Numbered from the stretch's first letter, positions 19,929 to 30,643 are shown. The stretch: DNA of 64,000 bases from Bacteroidales bacterium (GCA_021740045.1 JAIPAP010000001.1:11817-75816); one strand, 5' to 3'. The notes: generated by a model not told the origin, from the letters alone. Translations and numbers: made by a program.

Positions 19929-19960
19929 GATATTTTTTATAGTATACTATCAAAAATATC
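19929..19960. repeat. 32-bp near-perfect palindrome (15/16 pairs), overlapping a 12-nt direct repeat GGATATTTTTTA (19928-19939 and 19961-19972)
   Basis: GATATTTTTTATAGTATACTATCAAAAATATC read directly from the sequence. It lies just upstream of a TATATTTG -7 box (19994-20001) and ATG 20021. Confidence 0.6.
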
Positions 19961-20020
19961 GGATATTTTTTACAATTGACTGTAAATAATAACTATATTT
20001 GTGTTAAATTTTTGACAGCA

Positions 20021-21271
20021 ATGAACTACAAACCAAGGCATATTCATAAAGCCATCTGGGATCATATACAGAAAAAAGAATACACCATAATTACCGGAGC
20101 AAGGCAGGTGGGAAAAACCACCTTGCTTAGGGAGTTATTCAGTGAAATGAAAGAAGCCGGTTACAAGGTATATTATCTGACCCTGGAAAATATTAAGATA
20201 CTTCAGGAAACCAACAAGGAGCCGGAAAATATATTCCGTTTCACCGACAAACCTGCAAATTCCCTTGATCCGGAAAGTAAACGCAAAGACCGTATTTTCC
20301 TTCTGATCGATGAGATTCAATACATGAATGATCCATCAGGATTTCTAAAATACCTATATGATACCTATCTCGAAAATCTTAAAATAATAGCTACTGGCAG
20401 CAGCGCCTTTTACATCGATTCAAAATTCAAGGACTCACTTGCCGGCCGCAAAAAGATATTTAACCTGAAATCACTGAATTTTTTGGAATATCTGGAATTT
20501 AATGATAGAGAAGATTTATCCGAAGAAGTTAAGCGCATAAAAGACCGGCAAGACTACATATCACTAAAACAAGTTGATATCTATAACTACTTTGATAACT
20601 ATTTGATCTATGGTGGATACCCGGCTGTCGTTCTGGAAAATAACCCGGTGGTGAAACAGGAAAAATTAATGGAGCTTCGCGATTCATATGTGAAGCGGGA
20701 TGTATTGGAGTCGGGAATAAAAAACGAACTTGAGTTTTTCAACCTGATGGCAGTCACTGCCGATCAGATTGGCAGCCAGGTGAACAAGCATGAATTGTCG
20801 AATACGCTGGGTATACACAATGCGACAATAAACAAATATTTACAAACGCTCGAGAAGTGTTTTCATATCACATTGATTAAACCATTTCACAAAAACCTTC
20901 GTAAAGAACTGACCCGTATGCCTAAAGTATATTTTTTGGACACAGGCTTACGTAATACTTTGCTTAGCAGGTTTTATCCTTTGAATGACCGGGATGATAA
21001 GGGAGCCCTATTGAAAAACTATGTCTTTTTGAGGCTTAATGAAATATTCCCCAATGAAACCATAAAATACTGGAGAACAACAAATGGGAATGAAGTGGAC
21101 TTTGTTGTTTCGGCTGATTTTAAGACTGGTCAGGCTTTTGAAGTTAAATATAGCCGGAAGGAATTGAAGAATACCGGTTATCAAAAATTCAACAAGCAAT
21201 ACCCCGGCATTCCCGTCCAATTAATTACGTATGAGCCTCATATGGAGAGTAAGTCGATATTAACCTTGTAG
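20021..21271 (+). CDS. AAA+ ATP-binding protein (AAA_14 + DUF4143 type)
   Basis: Walker A 'GARQVGKTTLL' and Walker B 'LLIDEIQY'. The C-terminal 'EVDFVV' restriction-endonuclease-like tail is typical of DUF4143 ATPases. ATG 20021 is preferred over the track start at 19976. Confidence 0.8.
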   Translation: MNYKPRHIHKAIWDHIQKKEYTIITGARQVGKTTLLRELFSEMKEAGYKVYYLTLENIKILQETNKEPENIFRFTDKPANSLDPESKRKDRIFLLIDEIQYMNDPSGFLKYLYDTYLENLKIIATGSSAFYIDSKFKDSLAGRKKIFNLKSLNFLEYLEFNDREDLSEEVKRIKDRQDYISLKQVDIYNYFDNYLIYGGYPAVVLENNPVVKQEKLMELRDSYVKRDVLESGIKNELEFFNLMAVTADQIGSQVNKHELSNTLGIHNATINKYLQTLEKCFHITLIKPFHKNLRKELTRMPKVYFLDTGLRNTLLSRFYPLNDRDDKGALLKNYVFLRLNEIFPNETIKYWRTTNGNEVDFVVSADFKTGQAFEVKYSRKELKNTGYQKFNKQYPGIPVQLITYEPHMESKSILTL

Positions 21272-21441
21272 ATCGCTAACCCCTTAATTTAGAGTAAGTC
21301 TAAACAGATTTCATAAGATATTGAAAAAGAGGTTATTTCATAATAAGGGAGAAGATTAAACTGATATAAGTAACAGATATTCAGTTTATAATAAGCCAAT
21401 AAAATTAGTATTGATACATCGGCAATTTATCCTATTGTTTT

Positions 21442-21449
21442 TACTTTTG
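21442..21449 (+). promoter_or_regulatory. candidate -7 box (TACTTTTG) for the rnf operon
   Basis: Exact TAnnTTTG match 54 nt upstream of the rnfB GTG start. Confidence 0.35.
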
Positions 21450-21502
21450 CCCTGTTAATAAACTAACGGAGCGTAATTATACTATAAAAAAGGAGCGTTA
21501 AG

Positions 21503-22510
21503 GTGAATGATATAGTGATTAATGCCGTCCTTTCTCTAAGCGCCTTAGGCGTAGCGGCCGCGGTTATACTTTATTTTGTAGCTCAGAGATTCAAGGTGAT
21601 AGAAGATCCACGCATTGATCAAGTCAACGAACTGTTGCCCGGAGCCAATTGCGGTGGTTGTGGTTATGCCGGTTGCCGGCAGTTTGCCGAGGCAATTGTT
21701 AAAAACGAAAGCCTTGAAGACATGAATTGTCCGGTTGGCGGGGATGAATCAATGAAAGAAATCGCCAGCTTATTGGGGCTTGAAGTGGAAGAACAGTTAA
21801 AAATGATTGCTGTTGTCAGGTGCAACGGTACGTTTAACAATGCCCCCGAAAAGGTACAATATGATGGACCGGCTTCATGTGAATTTGAACACAACTTGGC
21901 AGCCGGTAGCAGTGGCTGTCCCAATGGCTGTCTTGGTTTGGGCGACTGTGTTGAATCCTGTAACTTCGATGCCATTTACATTAATGATGAAAGAGGCATC
22001 CCCGAGGTGAGCGAAAAGAACTGCGTGGCCTGCGGAGCCTGTGTGGAGGCTTGTCCGCGAAACATTATCGAGCTGCGCCCAAAAGGTAAGAAAGACCGCC
22101 GGGTATTTGTTTCCTGTGTTAATACCGAAAAAGGTGGGCCGGCCAAAAAGAATTGCAGTGTGGCCTGTATCGGGTGTGGAAAATGTGTTAAAACCTGTCC
22201 CTTCGATGCCATTACGATGGAAAACAACCTGGCCACCATCGACCCGGAAAAATGCAAGCTATGCCGGAAATGTGCCCCGGTTTGCCCAACCGGTGCCATA
22301 CTAGAGGCTAATTTTCCTATGCGTAAACCGAAGGAAGGTCAGGAACAAAGCGACAAGCCTGTTGATAAACAGATTGAACTAAAGCATACAACTACGGTGC
22401 TAATGTATCCCGAGGTGCCCAAACCGGCAAAAAAAGCGGCTCCGAAGAAGGATACTCCTAATGACACGCAAAAACAAAGCAAGACTGATCAAGGGGGGAA
22501 GGAAGCATAA
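21503..22510 (+). CDS. rnfB: Rnf electron transport complex subunit B
   Basis: N-terminal TM segment, '[10 protein letters not shown]', and several CxxCxxCxxxCP ferredoxin motifs. K/P-rich C-terminal extension. Confidence 0.9.
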   Translation: MNDIVINAVLSLSALGVAAAVILYFVAQRFKVIEDPRIDQVNELLPGANCGGCGYAGCRQFAEAIVKNESLEDMNCPVGGDESMKEIASLLGLEVEEQLKMIAVVRCNGTFNNAPEKVQYDGPASCEFEHNLAAGSSGCPNGCLGLGDCVESCNFDAIYINDERGIPEVSEKNCVACGACVEACPRNIIELRPKGKKDRRVFVSCVNTEKGGPAKKNCSVACIGCGKCVKTCPFDAITMENNLATIDPEKCKLCRKCAPVCPTGAILEANFPMRKPKEGQEQSDKPVDKQIELKHTTTVLMYPEVPKPAKKAAPKKDTPNDTQKQSKTDQGGKEA

Positions 22511-22559
22511 AGACCGGAAAGTCAGTCATGTTAGTTAACTAAAAACCAACGGAGAAAAA

Positions 22560-23897
22560 ATGAACCTGAAAACGTTCAAAATTGGCGGGGTTCACCCGGA
22601 AGAAAACAAGCTATCGGCCGATAAGGAGATAGAAGTTTTTCCGGTACCCAAAAAAGTATACATCCCCATCTCCCAAAACTTGGGAGCACCCTCCAAGCCT
22701 GTGGTCAACAAAAAAGACCAGGTTAAAGCAGGGCAATTAATTGCAAAAGGTGAAGCTTTTATTTCGGCCAATGTCCATTCATCGGTTGCGGGAACCGTAT
22801 CGAAGATCGATAAAGTGATCGATCAAAGCGGGTATAAGCGCGATACCATTATTATTGATGTGGATGGCGATGAATGGGATGAAAGCATTGACCGCAGTGA
22901 GGAGATCAATCGTGATATTACCCATTTGGAACCCGATTCCATTATCAAAAAATTAGGGGAGAAGGGAATTGTGGGCCTTGGAGGAGCAACTTTCCCTTCA
23001 CACGTAAAACTGATGGTCCCCGAAGGTAAAACAGCCGAAACCCTTATTATTAATGGCGTGGAATGTGAGCCTTACCTTACAGCAGATCATCGCCTGATGA
23101 TGGAAAAAGGTGAGGAAATGCTGATAGGCGTCTCTATCCTGATGAAAGGCCTGAAAGTTGACAAAGCTTACATCGGCATTGAATCCAATAAGCCGGACGC
23201 CATAGCCCATATTTCCAATCTTGCACAAAAATTCAAGGGGATCGAAGTATATGGCTTAAAGGTAAAATATCCCCAGGGAGCTGAGAAGCAGCTCATTAAA
23301 GCGCTTACCGGTCGCGAAGTCCCATCGGGCAAGCTTCCCATTGAAGTAGGTTGTGTAGTGAATAATGTAGGTACAGCCTTTTCGGTATACGAAGCGGTGC
23401 AAAAAAATAAGCCGTTGATGGAACGTGTGGTAACCGTTACGGGTAAAGAGCTTCCAAAACCATCTAATTTTTTGGTTCGTATCGGAACACCCGTTTCTGA
23501 ACTGGTAGAAAAGGCCGGCGGATTACCCGAAAGCACCGGTAAAGTTGTGAGCGGAGGCCCGATGATGGGTAAAGCCCTCACTTCACTGGAAGTTCCCGTT
23601 ATAAAAGGCACTTCGGGGATACTGGTATTTCCGGCCAGGGTAAGCAAGAGAGTTCCCATGCAACATTGCATCAGGTGTGGAAAATGTGTTACCGCCTGTC
23701 CCATGGGATTGGAACCCTATCTGCTTTCACAACTGGCGCAAAAAGAGCGTTACGAAGGTGCTGAAGATGAGCGCATCATGGATTGCATGGAATGCGGTTC
23801 ATGCCATTTTACTTGTCCGTCAGGACGGCCACTGCTCGATTATATCCGCCTTGGCAAGAATAAAGTTGGTCAAATGATAAGAAACAGAGGAAAATAA
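22560..23897 (+). CDS. rnfC: Rnf complex subunit C
   Basis: 'SGGPMMG' and two 4Fe-4S motifs, 'CIRCGKCVTACP' and 'CMECGSCHFTCP'. Confidence 0.9.
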   Translation: MNLKTFKIGGVHPEENKLSADKEIEVFPVPKKVYIPISQNLGAPSKPVVNKKDQVKAGQLIAKGEAFISANVHSSVAGTVSKIDKVIDQSGYKRDTIIIDVDGDEWDESIDRSEEINRDITHLEPDSIIKKLGEKGIVGLGGATFPSHVKLMVPEGKTAETLIINGVECEPYLTADHRLMMEKGEEMLIGVSILMKGLKVDKAYIGIESNKPDAIAHISNLAQKFKGIEVYGLKVKYPQGAEKQLIKALTGREVPSGKLPIEVGCVVNNVGTAFSVYEAVQKNKPLMERVVTVTGKELPKPSNFLVRIGTPVSELVEKAGGLPESTGKVVSGGPMMGKALTSLEVPVIKGTSGILVFPARVSKRVPMQHCIRCGKCVTACPMGLEPYLLSQLAQKERYEGAEDERIMDCMECGSCHFTCPSGRPLLDYIRLGKNKVGQMIRNRGK

Positions 23898-23903
23898 ACA
23901 GCT

Positions 23904-24905
23904 ATGAACTTATTCACTGTATCGGGTTCACCTCATGTACATGAGGATCGATCGGTCAGAAATTTGATGTTGGGGGTTGTATTGGCCATGGTTCCCGCCA
24001 TTTTGGTGTCCGTATATTTTTTCGGGCTGGGCGCCATCCGGGTCATCCTCATATCAGTTGCTGCCTGTCTTTTATTCGAATATTTAATTCAAAAATATGT
24101 AATGAAAACCGGACCCACCATCAACGATGGTTCGGCTATAGTTACCGGGGTTTTACTGGCCTTTAATGTTCCCAGTAATCTGCCCATCTGGATATTGATC
24201 ATCGGAGCCTTTGTTTCCATCGGTATCGCCAAGATGTCGTTTGGCGGCATTGGGAAGAATGTTTTTAACCCGGCCCTGGTTGGTCGTGTATTTCTTTTGA
24301 TCTCATTTCCGGTGCAAATGACCTCCTGGCCAAAACCTCAGCCTATTACTGCCGGTTTTGTCACCGATACGGTTACCGGACCCACGCCGTTAGGAATTTT
24401 GAAGGAAGGTTTGGATGCCGGGAAAACCGTTTCGCAAATCGAACCTGAATTGCCTTCTTATGTTGAGGCCTTGATTGGTAACCATGGAGGATCATTGGGT
24501 GAGATGTCGGCAATAGCGCTGGTTTTGGGCGCTATATATATGCTGGCACGACGCATTATTAGCTGGCATATACCAACGGCCTACCTGGGAAGTGTGCTGA
24601 TCTTCTCCGGAATTTTCTGGATGATCGATCCTACCCACTATGTTGATCCGCTTTTCCATTTGGTTACAGGCGGATTAATGCTGGGCGTTTTCTATATGGC
24701 AACCGATTATACCAGTACACCCATGTCGGCCAAAGGCATGCTGGTGTTTGGGGCAGGTGCCGGATTACTCACCATGATCATCCGGTTTTGGGGTGCCTAC
24801 CCCGAAGGTGTTTCATTTGCCATACTGATTATGAACGCCTTCACTCCATTGATAAACCGAGCATTCAAACCAAAAAGATTTGGGGAGGACGTGAAAAATG
24901 GCTAA
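23904..24905 (+). CDS. rnfD: Rnf complex subunit D
   Basis: Polytopic NqrB/RnfD-type protein with the FMN-attachment region 'YMATDYTSTP'. Confidence 0.9.
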   Translation: MNLFTVSGSPHVHEDRSVRNLMLGVVLAMVPAILVSVYFFGLGAIRVILISVAACLLFEYLIQKYVMKTGPTINDGSAIVTGVLLAFNVPSNLPIWILIIGAFVSIGIAKMSFGGIGKNVFNPALVGRVFLLISFPVQMTSWPKPQPITAGFVTDTVTGPTPLGILKEGLDAGKTVSQIEPELPSYVEALIGNHGGSLGEMSAIALVLGAIYMLARRIISWHIPTAYLGSVLIFSGIFWMIDPTHYVDPLFHLVTGGLMLGVFYMATDYTSTPMSAKGMLVFGAGAGLLTMIIRFWGAYPEGVSFAILIMNAFTPLINRAFKPKRFGEDVKNG

Positions 24906-25482
24906 AAAAGAATCAACATTCACCAATATGGTGCTTACATTGCTTGTGGTAACAGGTGTGGCTTCACTCGCATTGGGCGGCATCTATAACTTAACCAAGG
25001 AACCCATTGCCGAAGCACGGAAGGCCAAGCAGGTGAAAGCGATAAAAGCTGTAATACCCAGTTTTAATGAGTTGAAAAAAGAGGTTGTGAAACCGGAAGG
25101 TGCCGACCGGGAGCTGGTCTTCAATTACGGGCTGAAAGAAGATCAGGTGGTCGGTATCGCTGTAAGTACTTACACAAATAAAGGTTATAGCGGATTAATC
25201 AGGCTGATGGTGGGCTTTAATCCCGATGGCAGCATAAACAATGTTGCAGTTTTGGAACATGCCGAAACACCGGGGCTTGGGACTAAGATGACAGAGCCTG
25301 GTTTTAAAAATCAATTCGTTGGAAAGCATCCCGATGACTTTGAGCTTGAAGTAAAGAAAGATGGGGGAGACGTGGATGCCATTACAGCGGCAACCATCAG
25401 CTCGCGGGCTTTTTGCGATGCCGTGCAGCGGGCTTACAAGCATTTTAAAAAGATGGAAAAGCAAGGAGGACTTGAAGAATGA
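24898..25482 (+). CDS. rnfG: Rnf complex subunit G
   Basis: N-terminal anchor and FMN-binding 'DAITAATISSRA'. Confidence 0.9.
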   Translation: MAKKESTFTNMVLTLLVVTGVASLALGGIYNLTKEPIAEARKAKQVKAIKAVIPSFNELKKEVVKPEGADRELVFNYGLKEDQVVGIAVSTYTNKGYSGLIRLMVGFNPDGSINNVAVLEHAETPGLGTKMTEPGFKNQFVGKHPDDFELEVKKDGGDVDAITAATISSRAFCDAVQRAYKHFKKMEKQGGLEE

Positions 25483-26063
25483 ATCAGCTACAGAATTTTA
25501 CCAAAGGATTTTTAAAGGATAACGCCGTATTCGTTCAATTCCTGGGATTATGCCCCACCCTGGCTGTAACCACTTCGGCTATTAATGGCCTGGGAATGGG
25601 ACTGGCCACTACATTTGTGTTATTAATGTCGAACCTGGTAGTGTCCCTTATTAAAAACCTTATTCCCGAAAAAGTAAGGATCCCTTCTTTTATCGTAATT
25701 ATTGCATCATTTGTAACCATTACCGACCTGGTAATGGCCGGATATGCCCCGGCATTGCATGAGCAACTGGGGATATTTATTCCACTTATCGTGGTAAACT
25801 GCCTGGTGCTTGGCCGTGCCGAAGCGTTTGCTTCACGCCGTGGTACCGGTTCCGCAGTCGTCGACGGACTTGGAATGGGCCTTGGCTTTGCCTTGGCGCT
25901 TACCATTTTAGGTGGTGTGCGTGAGATACTTGGTAGCGGATCTATTTTCGGTATCAGTTTCATCAGTGGTGATGGCGTACTGCTCTTTATTTTGCCACCC
26001 GGTGCTTTTATCGTACTGGGTTATCTCATTGCAGTAGTGAATAAGATGAACAAAACAACCTAA
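25479..26063 (+). CDS. rnfE: Rnf complex subunit E
   Basis: NqrD/RnfE-type six-TM protein ('LGLCPTLAVT', 'GIFIPLIVVNC'). Confidence 0.9.
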   Translation: MNQLQNFTKGFLKDNAVFVQFLGLCPTLAVTTSAINGLGMGLATTFVLLMSNLVVSLIKNLIPEKVRIPSFIVIIASFVTITDLVMAGYAPALHEQLGIFIPLIVVNCLVLGRAEAFASRRGTGSAVVDGLGMGLGFALALTILGGVREILGSGSIFGISFISGDGVLLFILPPGAFIVLGYLIAVVNKMNKTT

Positions 26064-26080
26064 CGCTAAAAATACAGCTT

Positions 26081-26653
26081 ATGGAATATATTGTAATTAT
26101 TATTGCAGCCATATTTGTCAACAATATTGTTTTACATCAGTTTCTGGGGATTTGCCCGTTTCTGGGCGTATCGAGCAGGGTATCCACTTCAGTGGGTATG
26201 AGTGGCGCCGTAATGTTTGTCATGACCCTGGCCACCACCGTTACCTGGTTGATCCAAACCTACATCCTGGAACCCTACAGCTTAATGTTCCTTCAAACCA
26301 TTGCCTTTATCCTGATCATTGCCTCGCTGGTGCAAATGGTTGAGATTATCCTTAAAAAAGTGAGCCCTCCCTTATATCAGGCCCTGGGAATATTTTTACC
26401 CTTAATTACAACCAACTGTGCTATTTTGGGTGTTGCCTTGCTTACCATCCAATACGACTATAGTTTGCTCGAAGGGGTGGTGTTTGCTATTGCCAATGCC
26501 ATTGGATTTGGCCTGGCGCTGCTATTATTCTCCGGTATTCGCGAACACCTCGATTTGATGGATGTACCCAAAGGAATGCGCGGTGTTCCCATTGCTTTGG
26601 TTGCAGCAGGTATTCTGGCCATGGCCTTTATGGGTTTTGCCGGACTGGTTTAG
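26081..26653 (+). CDS. rnfA: Rnf complex subunit A
   Basis: NqrE/RnfA-type six-TM protein ('LGICPFLGVS', 'GIFLPLITTNC'). Confidence 0.9.
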   Translation: MEYIVIIIAAIFVNNIVLHQFLGICPFLGVSSRVSTSVGMSGAVMFVMTLATTVTWLIQTYILEPYSLMFLQTIAFILIIASLVQMVEIILKKVSPPLYQALGIFLPLITTNCAILGVALLTIQYDYSLLEGVVFAIANAIGFGLALLLFSGIREHLDLMDVPKGMRGVPIALVAAGILAMAFMGFAGLV

Positions 26654-26688
26654 GTTTTATTTGATCCTTAAAGTTTATATAGTGCATT

Positions 26689-26715
26689 AGCCGGGTTTTC
26701 CCGGCTTTTGTTTTT
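26689..26715 (+). terminator. rho-independent terminator of the rnf operon
   Basis: AGCCGGG-TTTT-CCCGGCT hairpin followed by TTTGTTTTT. Confidence 0.8.
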
Positions 26716-26770
26716 ACATACCCTTCATTTTGTAAAAGGATTATTATTTTTGGGGTGAAAATCAATCACT

Positions 26771-27457
26771 ATGAGCCTGGATACCATAATCGATCTTAAC
26801 AATATATCGGTCTTCCAAAAGAAGATATTGATTCTTTCAAATGTTTCGATAACCGTTGATAAGGGTGAATTTGTTTACCTGATCGGGAAAACAGGAACCG
26901 GAAAGAGCAGCTTGCTCAAGACTTTATATGCCGATATTCCCGCTTATGAAGGGAGCGCCTATGTTGCCGGTTTCGACATCATGAAGCTAAAACGCAAGGA
27001 GATTCCCTATTTGCGGCGTAGCCTGGGCATTGTTTTCCAGGATTTCCAGTTGCTGAGTGATCGCACGGTGAATGAAAACCTGAAGTTTGTAATGAAAGCC
27101 ACTGGTTGGAAGGATAAGAAAAAGATGAATGAACGGAGTCAGGATGTGCTTTCCAAGGTAGGGCTGGGCACCAAAGGGTTTAAAATGCCGCATCAGCTTT
27201 CGGGTGGTGAACAGCAACGGGTAGTCATAGCGCGTGCCCTTATCAACGATCCACCCATAGTATTGGCCGACGAGCCCACCGGCAACCTCGATCCCGAAAC
27301 CTCGGAAGGTATCCTGCAATTGCTTTTTGATATAAAACGCTCCGGCCGTGCCGTGCTAATGGCCACTCATGATTATTCCCTTTTCCGCCGTTTCCCCGCC
27401 CGAACCCTCAAATGCGAACATGGACGAGTTATTCCTTCGGAAGAGGTGATGAATTAG
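26771..27457 (+). CDS. ftsE: FtsE-like ABC ATP-binding protein
   Basis: Walker A 'GKTGTGKSS', signature 'LSGGEQQRV', Walker B '[11 protein letters not shown]'. At 228 aa it matches FtsE size. Confidence 0.75.
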   Translation: MSLDTIIDLNNISVFQKKILILSNVSITVDKGEFVYLIGKTGTGKSSLLKTLYADIPAYEGSAYVAGFDIMKLKRKEIPYLRRSLGIVFQDFQLLSDRTVNENLKFVMKATGWKDKKKMNERSQDVLSKVGLGTKGFKMPHQLSGGEQQRVVIARALINDPPIVLADEPTGNLDPETSEGILQLLFDIKRSGRAVLMATHDYSLFRRFPARTLKCEHGRVIPSEEVMN

Positions 27458-27772
27458 GGGTGATTAAAGACTGAGTGACATAGAGACCGAAGAGACTAAG
27501 AGATGAGTGGCTGGAGAAGGCTAGAAAATGAGTAGATGGGAAAATGAGAACAAAGCGATTATTGCACACGAAGCGGCTAATTGAGGGAAATCAATCTCTC
27601 TCAATCTTCCGCCTCCTCCAATTGATGAATACGGCGGCAAGCCTTCAATCTTTGTCATAGAATTCGAGAGGTAGAAATTTTGAATTTCCTGTTGGGCCAA
27701 TGCCCTAAAAAAATATTTCTTATAATATAAATTATCTCTATCTTAGTAGGGCATTATATATTGATTTAGAGT

Positions 27773-30526
27773 ATGCTATTCCGGTTGATCATATTTATGG
27801 GTTTGCTGCTGCCAGGAATACTTTCCAGCGGTAATGCAAGAGCGAATCTGAATAAACTCTTATCAAAAGCCAATGATTACCACAAGATGCTGGTCTATGA
27901 CAGTTCGGAATATTATTATGGTAAGGTTTTGCAGCAATTTAAACCCGAACAGGCCCCCGAACTATACTGCAATATTGCTAACAAATATGCGGAATCGCTT
28001 TGGTGGCAGCTCAAGCTGAATGAAGCCGGGCCGGTATGCCGGAAAAACCTGGAGCTTTGTGAAAACCTGCTGGGTAAACTCCATCCCGAAACGGCCAAAG
28101 CACATTTGAACCTGGGGGCCTTTAAAATGCTGGCCGGGGGTTATGGCGTTACTACCGAGCATTTTATGGAGGCCAGGTACATTTACGAGGACCTTTACGG
28201 ATACTACCATCCCGGTGTCGCCAAGGCTACCGAATGGCTGGGCACTTATTATGAGGGCGTGGCCGATACCATCAAATCAAGAAAGTACCTGTGGGAAGCT
28301 TTTCACATATGGAAAAAGATAAAAGGCCCCGATCATCCTGATCTGGGTGATATTTACCGCTATATGGGCCTGTATTGCAAGCGCTTTTTCAAGCATGATT
28401 CAGCGATCATCCTTTTTAGAAAGGCAAAGTCACTATTCGATCAAAAATACGGCCCGGCTAACATGCAATCAGTTAAATGCCTGAACAATATGGCGGATAT
28501 TTACGCCGAGCATCCTGAAATGGATCACATGACCATGCCCACCTATCATCATTGCGACTCCCTGATCAAAGCGATGCCATCACCAAGTGTTATGGCTCAG
28601 GTGATGAACCTGTTCAACATTGGCGAATATGCAGGCCTGCAAGGCGATATTGAAACAGCCCTGGCATACATGAACGAGGTGCTCAAGCTGTTTTATCCTG
28701 ATTTTAAGGATACGAGCATCTTTGCCAATCCCGCGGATGCCAGGCAATTTGCCCATCATTATTCCAAGCTGATTTTTAATTATAAAGGAAATTACTTTGA
28801 GATGCTTGCCAATAAGCATATTGATGACAGGGATAAGATGATCGCCTGTAAAAAAGGGGCCTATGCAGCTTTCATGAAATCGGAGGTTATCATTGAGGAA
28901 ATGCGCAAGCGTTCGGATAACCCGGATGACCTGCTTACCTTTTCCAGGAGGCATTCTTACCGGTATTACATAAAAGCCAGACTATCGGCCGAACTATACG
29001 AACTTACCGGTGATAAGGCTTATATAAACGGCGCACTTAGACATTTGGCCGGAAATACCTATGCGCAGCATGCCATGAAATCGAAACAAATTCTACTTCA
29101 AACCTTCGATATCCCGGAAGAGATCATTACCAAAAGGGATGAATACCACAGGCGTATCAATCAATTAACTGGACAATTAAACAAGAAACCGGATGAGAAG
29201 CTTAAACGCGCCATTACCGAACTGGAGCTTGAGCTGGACGCTTATTATTGGAAGCAAGCCGATAAAGGTTTGATCAGCTTTCATCCTGCGGATTCATCAA
29301 CAAGAATAACCTTGGAAAACCTGCAAAAGGCCATTGATCATGATGAATCCTTGCTGATATTTTCCGATTTTATACCCGATAATTCATCGTTGCCGGTTGA
29401 GTTGATGATCATGGGTGTTACGAGCAACAACCTGGTAATTGAAAGAATACCTTACGACACGCTGCTTGATCCCATAAACAATTTTTATAAAAAGATTTCT
29501 TCTCAGCAACAACCTGCCGGATATTTAAAAGACGGCTTTTTCTTGTATACGAATATGATCAAGCCTTTCGAAGACATCTTGAAAGAGCGGATTATCCTGA
29601 TCCATTCTCCGTGGATCAGTAAAATTCCGTTTGAAGCGCTACCGCTATCCTATGATTCACTCAATCGCAATCCCGATCTTCTAATCGGGGAGCATTTGGT
29701 GTGGAGGTACTTTTCCTTATACGATTTTATGGATCAATTCAAACAACCCAGGATCACCTATGCTACCGATAGTATCCTGGCGGTTGCCCCGGCTTTTAAT
29801 GAACAAAAAAAAGCGGAAATTGCCCACTTGGCTAAACGCGATATAAGTTTGGTCAACCTGGTGGGTGCGATAAAAGAATGCTTAAAAGTGGCGGAGCTTG
29901 TCAAAACAAGACTGGTCAGAGGCTTTGAAGCAACCGAATCCTTATTCAAGGCACTTTGTGCACGTTATCCCATCATTCATATCTCAACACATGCAATTCC
30001 GCACCAATCCGACAGCCAAACCATGCAACTTGCCTTTAGTCCGGAAACCGGCATTGAAGACGACGGTTATCTTAATTTTTACGAGATCATGAATTTGGAA
30101 CTGAATGCCGACCTGGTTGTTTTGAGTGCCTGTAAAACGGCCATAGGAAAGCTTCATAGCGGGGAAGGAAGCCTTAATCTTGCCTGGGCCTTTAACCAAG
30201 CCGGTGCGCGCTCGGCCATTGTCAGTTTATGGGATGTGAACGATCATGCCGCCTCGCTGATCATGCCTGAATTTTATAAATACCTTAAGGAAGGACATAC
30301 CAAGCCCGAGGCACTCCGAATGGCCAAATTAAATTACCTGGAAACCACTGATGATGTTACTTCCAACCCCTATTTCTGGGCCCCATTCGAATACATAGGA
30401 CCGGATAATAGCCTGGAATTAAATGCAAAAACCGGTATAAAGGGCAATTGGTACACCATCACCTTTGCGGTGTTGATCCTGATAATAGCATCTTTGGTGG
30501 CTTACCGGATGATCTTTAGAAAGTAA
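27773..30526 (+). CDS. exported TPR-CHAT (caspase-like) protease with C-terminal membrane anchor
   Basis: Signal peptide 'MLFRLIIFMGLLLPGILSSGNARA'.
- KLC-type TPRs ('LGKLHPETAKAHLNLG', 'KGPDHPDLGDIYRYMG').
- CHAT dyad contexts 'IHISTHA' and 'VVLSACKTA'.
- C-terminal TM helix 'WYTITFAVLILIIASLVAY'. Confidence 0.85.
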   Translation: MLFRLIIFMGLLLPGILSSGNARANLNKLLSKANDYHKMLVYDSSEYYYGKVLQQFKPEQAPELYCNIANKYAESLWWQLKLNEAGPVCRKNLELCENLLGKLHPETAKAHLNLGAFKMLAGGYGVTTEHFMEARYIYEDLYGYYHPGVAKATEWLGTYYEGVADTIKSRKYLWEAFHIWKKIKGPDHPDLGDIYRYMGLYCKRFFKHDSAIILFRKAKSLFDQKYGPANMQSVKCLNNMADIYAEHPEMDHMTMPTYHHCDSLIKAMPSPSVMAQVMNLFNIGEYAGLQGDIETALAYMNEVLKLFYPDFKDTSIFANPADARQFAHHYSKLIFNYKGNYFEMLANKHIDDRDKMIACKKGAYAAFMKSEVIIEEMRKRSDNPDDLLTFSRRHSYRYYIKARLSAELYELTGDKAYINGALRHLAGNTYAQHAMKSKQILLQTFDIPEEIITKRDEYHRRINQLTGQLNKKPDEKLKRAITELELELDAYYWKQADKGLISFHPADSSTRITLENLQKAIDHDESLLIFSDFIPDNSSLPVELMIMGVTSNNLVIERIPYDTLLDPINNFYKKISSQQQPAGYLKDGFFLYTNMIKPFEDILKERIILIHSPWISKIPFEALPLSYDSLNRNPDLLIGEHLVWRYFSLYDFMDQFKQPRITYATDSILAVAPAFNEQKKAEIAHLAKRDISLVNLVGAIKECLKVAELVKTRLVRGFEATESLFKALCARYPIIHISTHAIPHQSDSQTMQLAFSPETGIEDDGYLNFYEIMNLELNADLVVLSACKTAIGKLHSGEGSLNLAWAFNQAGARSAIVSLWDVNDHAASLIMPEFYKYLKEGHTKPEALRMAKLNYLETTDDVTSNPYFWAPFEYIGPDNSLELNAKTGIKGNWYTITFAVLILIIASLVAYRMIFRK

Positions 30527-30643
30527 TCTCCGGTTGGCAAGTAATTCGAAATAGTGATAAAGCTGGCCTGAAATAAGGTTGAAAGCCTGTTCACTTTATC
30601 TGCCAAAGGCTGGAAACGAGGGGGTGGCAAATCGATTAGCTTA

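Noticed and set aside
27760-27771. 'ATTGATTTAGAG' just before the CHAT ATG matches the tail after element copy 1 ('ATTGATTTAGTG') at 11/12 positions.
   Set aside because: A 12-mer with one mismatch is expected by chance roughly 0.3 times in this window, and no palindromic core accompanies it.
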